Positions 39,781 through 53,900 of a DNA stretch of 64,000 bases are shown in pieces. Position 1 is the stretch's first letter. Each line of letters begins with the position of its first letter. The translations under genes and the position numbers were made by a program. The notes under the pieces are model-generated. The model was not told where the DNA came from, ran no database searches, and worked only from the letters and a program-made list of their open reading frames with translations. Source of the DNA: Raillietiella orientalis (Eukaryota); contig JAYWIR010000086.1 in assembly GCA_036172245.1 (NCBI GenBank), positions 124,001 through 188,000 of the forward strand, read 5' to 3'.

Positions 39781-42259
39781 GGGGAGGGGGGGGGCAGGGA
39801 GAGAGAGAGAGAGAGTGGGGGGGGAGAACAAAAGGAAGGGGGAGGGGAGGGGGGGGAGAAGGGAGGAAGAGAAACCTTCGGCGAGCAGGAGGAATGCGCG
39901 CCGCGACCAGGCGAGCTGCGGGTCACAGGTACAGGCGCGTCTCACCATCCACTAACGCGGCGGCGGCTCACGTGCGAGGTATACCGGCGCGTCCTACGCG
40001 CTCCGTGCTCTTGCGCCGAGGCATCCAATCCCTCGCCGGGCCACACCTCGGGCGTCCGCTCACCTGAGCGGACCGCGCTCCGGATGCGCTCCTCGCGGCA
40101 CTCTTCTGGCGGGCCGACCGCCAGCGGAGGCCCGGTCGCCCCTTCCCTCCCTCTCCGCACACGCGCGGGAGGGTGAGAAGGGGGGCGGTCAGCCCCGGGA
40201 GAGCGCGCCTCCCGCTCTCGAAGGGGCAGGGAGGGACGGGGGCGCACCGGATGCGCAGGAGGCTGCGGGGCTTTTCCGCGCGCGCCGCTTCCGAGGAGCC
40301 TCTCTCTGAGACAAGGGGGAACAACGGAGGACGTCTCCGCTCTCTCCTCTCTCGGGGCACCTGCGGCCTCCCACCTGCCGGCTCGAACCGGAAAGATGCG
40401 GTCGCCGCCACGGGTCACCCTCCCGCCTCCCTCAACGAAAATGGATGCTTCTTGGGGTCAAGGCTAGCGATGGGAACCGGGAAGGAGGGGAACCGCTTCG
40501 CGGCAGCCTACCCTGATCTCTCCGGGAGGGGGCGTCAGCTGCCAAGCGGAGTGCGCGTGGGCAGAGCGCGCTTCCTTCCTCCCTTTTTCTTCCTCCACGG
40601 GGAGCCTCCTGCCGCGGCTGCTGCGCTTCGAAAGTCCAGCCGCGGCCTGACGAAAGGGAAGGAGGGAATTGGAGAGCGCGCGGCGGTGTGGCAGCTCTTC
40701 GGCTTCGGAGGCGAGAGCGGATCGCGCGCGATCGGTGTGCGTCCGTCGCCCGGGAGACGCGCTGACGACGCCGACATCCACGTGAGGAAGCCGACGCCGT
40801 GGCTGCCGTCCCTACCACGCGGACGAAAAGCCTCCGTCGCCAGCCGAGGACGACGGCGACGACGACGTCGAACGGCGCGAAAAATCCGTCGCCGCCAGCA
40901 GACGCGGGGAAGCCCGTTGCCAGGCAACCGAGGCTGTTCGGAGATGGTCGCTTGCCAAAAGGGGCTGAAAGGAGGGAGTTGCATTTCCGGGGCAAGATCT
41001 CAGGAATCGCTCCTTCATCCCGGGAAGCAGGCCACGGGCGAAAAAGCCGCAGCTGACGCGCGGCAGCGTGCAGGAGGGTGTGTGGGTGGGTGGGGGTGGA
41101 ATGGTTTGTCTTGGGCCTTCCCGTGGCAGGGAGCGCGCACGTGAGGGATGGGAGGGGGGGAGGGAAGTGCGGCGAAAGATCCTCATGAGTCCGGAAGGCG
41201 TCGTCGCAGGGGAGAGGGGAGTGTTCCGCCTGGGGGTGAGCAAGGTCACGGGGTCCTCATCCCTCCAGCATCCCATTTTTCAGGTCGGTGAGCAGGCGTG
41301 CAGGAGGGACCTAGTCCATCCGGTTGAACGCATGCGTGAGCCGCCCACGGTTCCCCTTTCCGAATGACCCGCCAGCGCAGCGCAACTGCCGTCTTTTTCC
41401 TTCGAGTCCTCCTCCCCCCTTCTCCTCCTCCTCGCGCGCGTGGGAGAGAAAGAGAGGGTTAGCGCTCGGTCGCACCCTCTCCATCTTCCGCTAAGGACGC
41501 CTGGCGGCCGGTCGCCGCGTTCCGTAGAGCGGGGCAAGCACAGTGGTTCGGGTCCGGGGTGCTGTCGGAGAGGTGGGAGGGCAGGGGCCGCAGCATGGCA
41601 TCGCGACTCGCTCTCCCCCACCCCCTCCCCTTCCTCCCTCGCAGCAGAACGAGGTGGTGGAGCCCGCCTCTCCCCCCGCTTGCTTGCCGCCTCCCGTACA
41701 GATCGCCTTTCTCGCTTTTATGCTCTTCGCTTTCTGCGGGTCCGTTTCTTCTCCTTCCGTTGCCGCGGCGACGGATCGCTCGCGCGGTGAGGCTTCCCCT
41801 CCTCCGGCGGGCGCGACAAGCCCTGCGGAGGTGCGAGCGCGCGCATGGAGCGTTCCGACCAGACCGGTCCGGTTGCGGCGGCGGGGCTTCGCTCGGCGCG
41901 GCATCTCGCAAGCGTCAGCCGGACCGCCGCCGGCGGCGCCGAGACGGAAGATCTGCTGCTGCGTCCTCCCCCCCCCTCCCCTCGTCCCCTCTCCGAAAGA
42001 CTCTCCTCCTCCTCCTCCTCCTCCGGCTGCCGCGAGCGGCTTCTTCACCCGAGCCGGCGTCAATGCGTTTCGCTCGACCAGAGCAGCATGGAGAGAGAGA
42101 GAGAGAGGGAGGGAGAGAGAGACGCGGTGGTTGCGACGGGCAACGGGGGAGTCGATCCGAGCGTGCGGCGTGACGACGCAGATGAGCCGGCGCGGCGCGC
42201 ATTGTTGACCGCGGGAGCGGGCGATCCCGAACTCGCGGGCGCCCGCGAGGCCACGCGGG

Positions 42260-42288
42260 GAAGAAGAAGAAGAAGAAGAAGAAGAAGA
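42260..42288. repeat. (GAA)n microsatellite
   Basis: Read directly from the sequence. Confidence 0.9.
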
Positions 42289-42726
42289 AAGGAAGAGAGA
42301 GAAAAGGAAGAGGAAAAAAAAAAAAAATGGTCGAAACGCGCGCGCGCCCGCGACTTCGGCGCAGCTCCCAGCGGCGAAAAAGCCAGGAGCACTCCGCGCG
42401 GATCGCTCGCCCCGTCTCGTGCAGATCTCGCCTCCATTATTTGCTGCTATTCACTTTACGGGGGAAAACAGCGTTTTCCAGAGCATGACAGGTACAGCCG
42501 CGCCTCTAGGCTGTGGCGAAAGGCCCAGCATCCAACCGAGCGATGCTCCTCTTCCGAGAGAGATAGAGAGAGGCTTTCCTCCTCCGCCCTATTGTTGCGA
42601 CGCCCCGAGATGCGACGCCATGTTTGGGATGTGGTTTGCCGTGGCAACCTTTTCTCGCGCGCTCTTTCCGAAACCGCGTTCCGAGAAAAACGTGCGACAC
42701 ACGAGGGGGGGGGGGGAAGAAAAAGA

Positions 42727-42729
<3 letters not shown>

Positions 42730-42793
<64 letters not shown>
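42730..42793. repeat. (TA)~20(TG)~11 compound microsatellite
   Basis: Read directly from the sequence. Confidence 0.95.
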
Positions 42794-45700
42794 ATGTATT
42801 TCTCTCTGCAGTCACTGTGCACCGTGAACAAAGTGCGAGAATACCCTCCGTCAAAAGGTCAGGCGCGCCTTTACGTGTTTGCTCTCCGCCGGCGAACGCA
42901 CTTCAGATGCTGCTGCTGTCGTCCGGCGTCAGATTTTGGAGAGTTTTTTTTTTTTTTTGTTGTTTTTGTTTTCAAGAAGAAGAGAAAAAAAAGGGGGGTG
43001 CTCGCTTTCCGCCGAACGACGCTCGTAGACCTACGGCGGCGACACCCGAGATGTTCCCGGAACGAACGCAAAACGTCGCAGGGCCCGACGCAACGACACT
43101 CGAAAAGATCTTTCTCGATTTCGCCTTCCGTGACGAAATGAAATGAGAGCATCGGAAGTGACGAAACAGCTTCCCGTCTCGAGCGAAAACGAAACGCGCG
43201 GCGTTTCGTTTTCGGGGGATTCCGCTCGGGATGACGGCGACGACACGCGGGGAGTCCGTTGGGATCCTCAGGGAACGCGCCCTGGGCGCCGTCGTTCGCG
43301 GACCGCCCCCGCGGGCTGCCCTGCCCCGCCAGCGCGGCGGAGCAGCACCCCGCCACTCTCTTCGCCCGCCTTCCGCCCCCGGTGGAACACGTCTCCGGTG
43401 ACAGACCTCCCTGCGACCGTGCCCCCGCGGAGGTGAAGGGTTGCTGCCGCCGAAGAGAGGAGGGGGGAAGGCGATGACGACAAGGGGCAGCGCCCCGCGC
43501 CGAGACGAAGAGGAAAGCACCAAAGCGAGCGAGGAGCTCTCTCTCCCTCTCTCTCTCTTTTGAGGGCGGGCGGGCCTCCGTGTTGCCCTACGTGGCGGCA
43601 GCGGTGGCAAACCGCTTCGTGCCGAGCGAGAGGGCGCGAAGATCCGCGAGCGCGGGTGTGCTTCCCGGCCAGGGACGCACGCACGCGCTCCTCAAGGTTT
43701 TTTTCCTCCGCGGACAGTGAACGGAGAGGGAGCGAAGACGAGCGGGACCCCCACGGTCTGCTCTTCCCGGAGACGGTCAGCAGCGGCAGAAGCTCCGCAG
43801 CGGCCGGTCGCCCCTCCGACTCGCTTCCTTTGCTGCCGCCCCACCCCCTGCCTCCTTACGCGCACTGCTTAGGACACGCGTGCGTGCGTGCGTGCGTGCG
43901 CGCGCGCGCCGGCAGTTGGTTCCGAGAAGGAGCGGACGGGTGCGGTCGGAGGCAGAGCGGTGCTGAGGGCGACGGGGGGAAGGCCGCACGGACGCTTCGC
44001 AGAGGGCGTCCGGCCGGCCGCGTGCCGCCGGGAAACGCGCATTTCCGCCTTCGTGGCGTTCTCCGGGAACCACGCAGGAAGAGGAAGAGGAGACGCCTAG
44101 GGGAACGGGAGGACGGACGGAGAGCCCGAGGGGAGGGACCGCGCGCACAAAAGCCGCGCGCCCGGTAGGAGCGATTCCCGACGACCCCTCACGCGATCAC
44201 GTCCTTCCCCATCCGGCTCCGGTTCGGATAACGCGCGCGTGCGCGCGACTAGCGGATTTCACCTTCGCTCCCCCCCCCCCCCCCCCCTTCCCTGCTGCCG
44301 CGGAATCGACATCGCGCGCGTCGCCTCTGCTGCCGCGTCCGTGTTTTTTGGCCTCCTCCTCCGCGCTCCTTCCGCGCACCATGCGCGGGCACGGAGAAGG
44401 AAATCGAGGGAAAAGTTCGCGCGAGCTCACGAGGAGGGAGGGAGGGGGAGGGGGGGATGAGGCAGAGCAGCAGCAGCAGCAGCAGCAGCCTGGAGCCGCC
44501 ACACTGCGTCAGTTCGGAGAGGCGGATTGACGTCACTCCATGACCGTCCTTGGAATCCTTTGCTTCCTGTTCTTGCTGCCGATCGCTGACAGCGCGCGCC
44601 AGCACGCCTGGCGGCGGCGGTGGCAGCGGCCGGCAGGTTGGCCGGTCGCCTTTGCTCCGCTGCACTCTCTCAAGCACGCGCTGGAGGAGAATTCTTTTCC
44701 ACTCTGCTCTCGTCGTCATCCCCCTCCTCCCCCGCCCCCGCCTCCCTTCTCTCCCCCCCCCCCCTCCTCCTCACGCACGCAAAGCCACCTCCCTCATCCC
44801 GGTGCGCTCAGTAGGCGCTCCTGGGGAGATCGTAGGCTCGCAGGCACTACTCGACGCTCCTCCCTTCTCTCTCTCCCTGGCTACGCCGCCCCTCCCCTCG
44901 CCTCATCAAGCTTCCACCTCCTGCCGCCGAGGTGCTGCCGTCGCCGCCGAGGTGCCAATTCGATCTCATTCCCGGAGGGAGGCTTCCCCGGACATTTCGA
45001 CGCGAGTCTCGTCCAGCGCTGTCGAGAGAGGAGAGTGTGGCCGACGCGGAAACGTCTAGCGCCGGCATCGCCGTCCCCGCGGGATGCTGCCCGCGTCCCT
45101 GCCCGCTCTTAATGACTAACGGCGGTTGTCAAGAGCAGGGTGGGCGAAGCGCCGGCTCGTATCGGCACGCTCCCGAAGGACCCCCGTCCCGGACCTAGCT
45201 GGGTCCGGAGAGCCCGTAGTGAAGGACCACCCGCGGGCGCTCCAGGCCATCACCCTCGGTCGGCACCTCCAGCGGTCCCGTGCCGGAAGGAGGAGGGAGA
45301 CCCTCGCGAGCTCCTGTCCCGCCTCAACGCAAGGCGGGAAGCTGCCAGCAGCCCCGCTGCCCTTTCCATCCGCTGCCGTGCGGAGCAGCTGAGGATGACG
45401 GTTCCGGGGTCTCCGGCATTTTCTGCAACGGAGAAAAAGCTTCAGCGGCAGCCTCCCCCAGTCTCCGCTGGTGATCGCCCTAGGCGCTTAGCTGACGGGA
45501 CAAGAGGTTGGGGGGTTCACCCCTGCATCCCGCGATCCCAGGTCGAGCTAAGACGGGCGAAGGGTGACGTGCAGCGCCTGCCGGCTGCTCGCAGAGCCCC
45601 TGCACGCAAGAATAGGGGAGGGGGGCGGGAGGGCCTTCCAGGAAGGGCAGTTCCGCTTCGGGAGGCCTCGAGGCGGGAGAAACGCCTGTGAGACTCTGCT

Positions 45701-47944
45701 GCAGGAAATCGCCGGGAGGCGAACGGCGGAGCGCTCGGGGATAACTGTGCGGCCGCTATGATGCAGCAGCAGCAGCAACCAGGGCGGCGGTCCCGCTTAA
45801 ACCCAGCGGGGACCTCGCTCGAAGGGAGGGGAGGTGAACGCGGGTGCTGAGGTGAGGAGAGGACGCGCGCCCCGCGAATGCTTCGACTGCCGGTTCGGGG
45901 GCGGGGACGGGAAGGGGAGGGGCTCCCTGGCGCTGCCGCCTCGGGGCAGTCAGGCACCCTGCTGAGAAAAAGACTGCAGGCAAAATCCTCCCCCCTCTCC
46001 CCCTCCTTTCACCCATGGGCCGTGTTGGAGCGGCTGCTGCAAATGCCCTCTTCTCGCGGGACGACGAGACCAGAGCCGCCGCGCGCTCTCGGGGTCGCAA
46101 GTGCACTTGGCAACCCTGCCTGGACCTGCGCGTAGGAAAGCACGTCGCAAGGATAAAAATATCGCGGCGGTGGATTTTATCCCGAAGGAAGGAAAGGAGA
46201 GGGGGGAGAGGAAGGAGCCGCCTGCCGGGAGGGATGCGTTCGCATCCTTGAAGAAACCGATCCCCGCGTGCTTGCGCGCGCGCGGGACGCTGCCCGGCGT
46301 CCGGGGCCCGCGCGGGACCGTGGGAGAGCGGGCGGAGTTGCGCGCAGCGGAGGGCCTTCCCCGAGGACGGGGACGGGAAGGCCAAGGACCACCGAGAGGT
46401 TCTCCTTTGGTGCGCGCACGGGCACGGCAGTGCGCGAAAGTAGCCGCCGTGTCGCGCCGACCGACTGAACTTCCCCCCCCCCCCCCCCTTCCTCATACAC
46501 AGACCGCTGTGGCACGGATCCTCAGGGGGCGCGGAATCGCCCTCACGGTGCCAGGTGCTCCGTTGGAGTTGACGGGCACACGCCCCCCAGATGGATACGA
46601 CTGCCTCCCAGGAAGGTTCCAGCGGCAGCGGCAGCGGAGGGTCTTTCCGTCCCACGGGAAACGCCCCCGAGGGCACGCCCTTGGACTTCGCGCAGGGGAG
46701 CGCGCAGAGAGCCTCCTCAGCTACGAGGGGAGGTGGGAGGTCAGAAGGGCGTCTCGCCATCTTCGCTTGGGAACGGGATGGGAGTGGGGATAGGGGAGGA
46801 TGGGGACGAAGAGCTCCTCCCGCCCCCCTTTCAGTTTTTCCCCTCTCCCTCTCAGGAGTGCGCCGCCGTGGCGCGAGGAGGCGGACCGACTCCCCGGCCG
46901 CCCTCGGGGATGGGTTGCTGCCACCCTCAGGTCTGTTCCCTCAGGCGGAGGCGGACTCTCTGCCCCAGCGCCAAGCCACGTCTCAGAGATCGCGGACCGA
47001 GCTCTCGCTCGCGGCGAGGGAGTGTTGCTCTTGGCAACGGGGGCGAAGGGGTGCGGCGGCGGTCTCGCGCGCGCCGGCGCAGGCTCCTCCCCGCTTCCTT
47101 TCCTCCCCCGCCCGCCAGAGAGGTTCGTGGGCGTCCAGGTGGCCCGCCGGAGGGGATTTTTCCCCCTCTCCTCCTCGGACTCGGCCGCAAGGAATCTGGC
47201 CGCGGGTCGCTGAGGGACTTCCTGGGAGGAAACACGGGAGCGGCGGCGGCCCGGCTGAGGAGGATCGAGTGACCCGAGGGGTGAGCTCGAGGCTTCTCAG
47301 CCTGCATGAGGACGTCTCCCCTTTCCTTGCGTCCCTCCCGGGACGAGGGGATGACCCGTCTCGGTGACCTGTCCGAGCTCCGCGGCCGGCGCGCACTCGC
47401 CCGCCGCGCCCCAGGGAGCGCGCTTTTGTTCTGAAGGGACGCGGGAGCAGAGGGCCGCAACTCGGGATGGGTAGCGAAGGGGAAGCCTGCCGGATGTTGG
47501 CCCAAGCCCCTCGAATGGCTGGCAGCCCTCCTTCCGCCTCGGGTCCCGTCCCTTCCGGCACCAGGAAGCGAAGGATCACCTCCAGGAAGGGTCGGAGTGG
47601 GCGCGCAGGTCACGCCAAGGCGCCACTGAGAATACGCCTCGGCGGTGATGCGGGGAGGAGGCAGATGCTCCCAGACGGCCCCACTGCACCAGGTGGACCC
47701 CTCTGCAGCCGCCCATGACTGCCCTGCGAGCCCCAAGCTCGGCAGCTGTCCTGCCTTGCTGTCGTTGCGCGCGCCCACGGATTGCCCGGATCGCTGGGAG
47801 GAGGGGCGCAGGGCCTCCCTCGCGCCACTGCGCCAGGATGGTAGGGGTGGGGGTTCACGGTCAGCTCGGCGCCCCCGTCTCAGCCCGCGCTGTGCCTTCT
47901 TCTTCCTGCACCTCAAGAGGCAACCGAGGAGGCTGCAGGAGTGC

Positions 47945-47982
47945 CCGGAGCTTCACTGTCTCCGGAGCTTCACTGTCTCCGG
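47945..47982. repeat. Perfect 17-bp tandem duplication (ccggagcttcactgtct x2)
   Basis: Read directly from the sequence. Confidence 0.85.
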
Positions 47983-50900
47983 GAGAGACTCAGGAAAGAT
48001 CCTCCGGGCAGGAGGAGTCTCTGGAGAAACTCAGTGGCCCTCATCCGGAGGTTGGTTCTTCCCGTGCCCCTTGCGACATCGCCATGGAGACTCCCGGCGA
48101 GAGCTGCCTATGCTGCAGGACGCTCCGAGGAAGACCGGGTGGAGGGAAACTAGGACGCAGATCCCTTCCTTTCGGTCCTTCCCGGAGTCCCCTCTCTTCT
48201 CCCCTTCCCTGACAGCAGGCATCGCCCGTGAGGTCCACCAGCCGCCTCCCTCGCCGAGCGGGCCAACACAGCCGAGCAATCTCGCTCTCCGTGCGAGGGA
48301 CTGACGCGCATGCGCGCGCGCGCGAGAGCGCCCGGAGGCCACGCGGTCGACCGCCAATCAGCGGAGCGGAGGAATAACGCCCGTCGCCCCCCCCCCCTTC
48401 TCCCTTTCCCAGGAGTCTCTCTGCTGCAGTGGTGGCGCGAAATGCGGAGGGCCACCGCTGCTGCCGCCGAGGGCGACGGGACACGAGCGGGCGCTCCTCC
48501 GAAGAGAGGTTGCGCCCCCACCGTGCGCGCCGTCGCCGTGGAAGCGTCGCGCCCCCTAGGAGTAGAGGAGGGCGGGCGGGCGCGGGCGCGACGTTCCGCG
48601 GCGAATTTCGCCGACACGGCAGCGCGGGCGGGCGGCACAGCGTCGCCGGGCGCGCGCGGAAACGGACGGCCTCGACGGCGGAGACGCGCGCGAGAGAGAT
48701 GGCGCCGCCCCCGCCCGGCGCGTCGCCAGATTCGCCGAACGCGTCGTCGTCGTTCCTCGCACCCTCCGTTCCCTCCCCCCGTCCCCCCCCCTCCCTCCTC
48801 CCTTCACCGCCGGCACTCCGATTTATCTCTGGTGGCGTCCGGTTTATCTCTTCGAGAATCCAGGCAGAGGAAGGGGCGCGCGCTACCGCAGCCGCTGATA
48901 GAAAAGGTGGGGGGGGGGGGGGGGGAGCATGCATGCAGAAGCGTGCACACGGCATTCCTCCTCCTCATCTCCCCTTCCCCCTCTCCTCGCTGCTGCTGCT
49001 GCTGCGAAGATCCTGTGGCACGCTGTGGGCCCTCTCCTGAGAGCTGGAGAACGAACCGGACCTGCCTGCCCGCAGGGTGGCAACGGACACGTGTCGGCCG
49101 CTGGCAGCCGAATTCCCACCGACGCCCGCGACACCTACATCCGGGTCCTCCGTCTTCACCCCCCCCCCCTCCCACCCCTCCAGCTCAGCCACTTCCGCGC
49201 TGTGCGCCGCCGCCGCCGCCTCCGGGGACCGAACCGAAGAGGAACGGGAAAGGAGGTGCGGTTGCTCTTCTCCCCATTCCTCACCCCCTTCCCCGTCGGG
49301 AGGGTCCTCTCGGACGAGGTTCCGTGTTCAGAGGGTCGCCAACAACGAGGCCGCCTGCGCGCTGCTGCTGCTGCTGGTGGTGGCGACCTGCGACGCGCGA
49401 GGCCACTCGATCGACCCGAAGGACGTGGACCGCACGCCGCGGTCGTCCCCCTGGAAACAACCATGCGCTCTTCACTCGCCGCGGCCTGCAGGTGCTGCCC
49501 GCACCTGCTCCTGGAGGCGCGGAGCGCTCCCGTCGTTCGGTGGCGGCTCCGCAGCACGTGACCTCGCCGGCCAACAGGGGGGGTTCGGCCTGAGCCCGAC
49601 CCTGCCTCGCCCCGCAAGACTCCAGGGTCTGGACGGAAGCGCGTCGCCGTGGCGACCGCGGCCGCTCGGGAAGCGGATGCTCCGGCGGCGGAGAGGAGAC
49701 CGGGAGGAGACGGACAGAGGGGAGGGAGGACGACGACGACGACAAAGGAGACCAGTCGATCCTCAGGCGTCGATGCACCCTCCCTCTCTCTCTTGTTGGT
49801 CCGGGGGAGGCCGGTATCTGTCGGGTGCTTCCGTCCCCGGGACGTCGAGATGCCTCGGACGGCGGTTTCCCGGCGTTCCCTAGCGAGGTCCTGCGGGAAG
49901 ACGCCGGCAGCGCGAGGCTCGCAGAGCCACCTGGTTCCCTCTTCGGCGGTGTGCCCCTCCCCATCGGGCAGCCAGGTAGGAGGACGCCGCAGTTCCTTTC
50001 GCCCACGGAACTGCGACGAAGGCCTGCGTCAGTTCAGACGCCTTTCCCCGCCGCGTCGCTTTTACGTGGGGAACGGATGGGGGGGAGGAAGAGTTCTTCC
50101 CGAGGTGACGGGCGGGACGCTCCTGGATTCGCAGTAATATCGACCTCCCCATTCCCGGATCGCGCACCCTCTCGTGGTCCGGTCGGGGCGGAACGACGGG
50201 CTGAGAAACCAGGCCTGCCCTCTAGGGGTTGACCTCTTCGTTCCCTCTTCCTTCTGGGAGACATCGTCCCTCTACACTCCCTCATCGCTCCCGCCGATCT
50301 TGGGACCATTAGCCCGCGGACTGAGGAATGCCGCGCGATGATTCGGCGACCCGGCGAGGCGACCCGTGGGAAATGGGGAGTGCCGTTCCTTTCTTCTGGG
50401 AACCTCCTGCGGACCTGCTGCTGCTCGGGGACGACTGCGCGTCGTCCCAGGGAGCGGGCGGCCCGTCCGGGACATCCACCCGGAGATCAAGGACCCCTAT
50501 CGCGGCGGCTCCCCGCAGCGCGGCATCGGGGCGGTCGCGCAGACCAATCCACGAGGACCCGCTCTAGCGGCGGTGGGTTCAAATCGCGCGGGGCCGCTTT
50601 TCCCCAGGCATTTGTGGCGATCACTCCTGATGCACGGCCGTCGCGATCTGCGGGATGCGGAAGAGCGTCCTCTGAGCTCCGCTGTCGCCGGAAGCGGAAC
50701 GACATGGCGCGGTCTCCGCCGCTCCCCGCCCGCCATCTTGCGCTTCGGAGCGGAATGAGGAGCGGGCGGAGGAAATGCTCCTGTCGCGGCGGACTAATCC
50801 CTGGGGTCGGTTCTTCGTGCCGTGGGAAGGAAGGGAGGGAGGGGGCGAAGGTAAAGGGCGGGCCGCTCCGCGGCGCGGACCCAAGTCGCGCGCGAGCAGT

Positions 50901-53900
50901 CAAACATCGGAGTGCCGTGCGCGAAGCGCCGTGGAGACGGGCGGATTGAAGAGTAAGAAAGGGGAGAGGGGGACGAACGAACGAACTCCCCCAGCCCATA
51001 CGAGCGCGTGGGACTCGAAGCGGCGGCGGCTGCCCACTCCCCAAGGGCTGACCGCGCAGGAAGCGGCAGCGCGCACGTGGCGAAACGGGAGGTCGCAACG
51101 CTGACCGCGCCGCGTGGGGAACAAACCGGACGTTACCCTGAGGCCTGGGGAGGTGATGCCGGGACACCCCGCAAGCTCTGTGGAGTCCCCGAGGGAGAAA
51201 AACCTGGAAGACTCCCGCCACCTCGGAGACACCTCCCCAATCCCCATCTTTATCTCTTGCGCTCTCGCCGGGAGGAGGGAAGAATGACGAGCCCCATACC
51301 CCTGCCTTCCCTTCCTCCCCGCGAATCCGTCGCCCTCTCTGCCGGTCCCGGAAGCCTGAGGGTTCGAATCCTATCTCTCCTTCCGTTGCGCGCGCGCGCC
51401 TGGCAGCCCTCGCTGACCGCCTCCGCGTCACGTGGTTCGGCCTGCGCGCTCCCTCCGCTTATCTCCAGCTCTCTTCCCCTCCTCTACCTCCGTCGATCCG
51501 ACCGGGAACTCGGCCTTATCTGCAGGGGCATGAGCAGAAGGCGTGGCGCAGGCGCGCTGCCCCTTTCCGCTGCGGCAGCAGGAGCGGCACACGGGACCCG
51601 CCGCATCTCCAACCGGGACCTCTCTTTCCCGGCTCAGTTCCGGCCTCCCGGGACGCCCCTCTGGATAGGGGAAAGTAAGGCGAGGCGTCTGCGCACCTCT
51701 GCGGCGACGCCGCCCCTGAGGCGGGAACGAGGGGGAGGGGACGATAATCCGTCGGGATGCGATCGGCGCAGTCCTGCATCTGCCCGGGAGACGCGCCATC
51801 GATGTCTCAGGGCCGCAGCCGCGGGCTCCACGCTCACGCCCTGGAGATGAATCCTCCTCAACGCCTTCCGCTTTCCTGGCGCAGGGGTGGACGCCCCCCA
51901 CGTGCGGAGGGAGAGAGAGGAAGGAAGGGGGGCGGTAGCCAGGGAGACCAAGGGAAACGGGTCAGGCGGGGACTCTCGGTCTGCTGGTGTCACGCGAACT
52001 CGCGGGAACGGACGCGCGGGTGGTTCTTCGCGTGGGTGATGCACGAGGGCCGAGCTGCAGGAGAACCCATCGATCCCTTGGGGCAAAGGGAGGGCTGCCG
52101 CCGGCTTGGCCTCCGGGAAGATTCGGGCGACCCCGAGGCATCCCCGGAAAGCACATCCTAGGTCGTCGCACCCCTCCTCCACGCGCCTCCTCCCTCGACT
52201 CCAGCGGGAGGAGGAGGAGCGAAGGGCGCGCGGGCGTCGTGATGCGAGCGGAGTCTCGGGGGATTCGGGGGATGGGCAGGAGCTCACGGAGGGGTCGCCT
52301 GCAGAGACCCACCTGCTGGACGGGAGGGAGCAGCGTCATCCGATCGGCAGCTCCTCCTATTTCCCCGGCCTGCCTTCCCTGCCACCATTCGAGGGGGGAC
52401 GGAATCGCCGCCTGTCGCGGGGGTCAGTGCGCAGGGTCGACCCAGGTGCCTCCCCAGTGACCCAGGTGACCCTGCAGAGGGGCGAACAGATCCTCTACTC
52501 TCTCAGGGAGCTCCTGCGGAGATGCCCTGGGTCTGCCGCGCTCCGAGAGGGTTCCCCACTTGTTCCTCTGTCTGGACGCGCCATCGGACATCATGTCTAC
52601 CCTCCCAATCGCGCCTGGGACCTCCTGGGCGGCTGGCACGCTGCCGCCCTCTGACAGAGAGACCCGCACGACCAGGCTCAGTGGCTGGGGGTTGCCGTAA
52701 CGAGCGGGCCCATGCCCGCAGAACCCGGTTTGACTTCACCTCTGGTTTGACCCACCACGCATTTCTCTCAGAACATCGGCGGGCAGAGGCTGCTGCCACC
52801 ATTGCTTTCTTCGCTGCCTTCCGTGCTTTCGAAGGAAGGGGGGGTTCGAGGATCCCCTTGCTGCTCGGATGCTGCTGCTGCTGCTGCTGAGCTGTCGGCC
52901 GCCTCCGGCTGAGAGTTGTGCGCGTTGCGGAAACCACGCCGGGTCGCCTTCCGCAGCGGCGGGGCGACCCGAAGGTCACGGGGAGGCGGATGGTCGCGGT
53001 TGCCGCGTGCGCGCCTGCAAGAGCAGGTCCCCAGGAGACGTAAGGGGTTCCTCCGGGACCTCTTGAAAAGCCTCAGGGGGACGAGGCCAGGGTGAAGAGG
53101 AGTCCTACCTCTGTCCCGCAGCCGGTCCGTTGCCGAGGGGACGGACCCGCTTGGGCTCCCGGGCTTGGGACGCGTGCCCGCTCGAGACGATCCTCCGCCA
53201 CTGGGAGAGTGGGCGGCGGAGAGGCGATTTCTGACTTCCCCCGGGAATGCTTCCTGCTCCCATTCCCGGAGACGCTGCCTCGGATGCTCCCGCGGGGCAC
53301 CGCGAGGTGCATCGCGATCCGTCCCCGAGGCGGTGGCAGCGGTGTTGAGCTCTCTGCCGACAGAACCCGCGCGTTTTCTCTCGGAGAACCATTCCGGGAG
53401 CTCCGTCCACCTTCCTCTGAGCCAGCCTGCAGGAACCGGAATTCCGGATAGGGTCAGAGGTCATCCGGCTGTCCCTCCACCGAGCAGCAGCAGCAGCAGT
53501 CACACTTGCAGCAACCGAGACTTCCTCCTCTCCTGCATCTTTCTCTCTGGACCACAAAAAATGCGGACGTGACTGTGTGCTACCGCGTACGTCCACGGGA
53601 AGAACCCCTCGCGCTGACCACCAGGTGAGGTCGCCAGAGGAGGAGCTCACGGAGCGAGCCACCATCGTCGATGACTCCACTCCGGCTGGCTCACAGAGGA
53701 CAGCGGACGTGCTGCGACGGCTTTCGAGCGGGCACCAGGCGTGCGTCGAGGTGTCGCCGTTGCCACGAGACAGCGAGCTCCCCCCGCTTCGGAGTGCCGC
53801 CGCTCGAGAGGGAAGGAACGCGGCGGCAGACATCTGTGGATCTCCCAGCAGATCTGGGCAGCCTGCCTCCCTCCCCTCTCCCCTCCCCTTCCTTCCTGGT

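Noticed and set aside
51355..51385. GGTTCGAATCC T-loop/B-box-like motif (similar motifs near 9291 and 50576)
   Set aside because: The T-stem pairs poorly and no acceptor, D or anticodon arms can be built, so it is not called as a tRNA.
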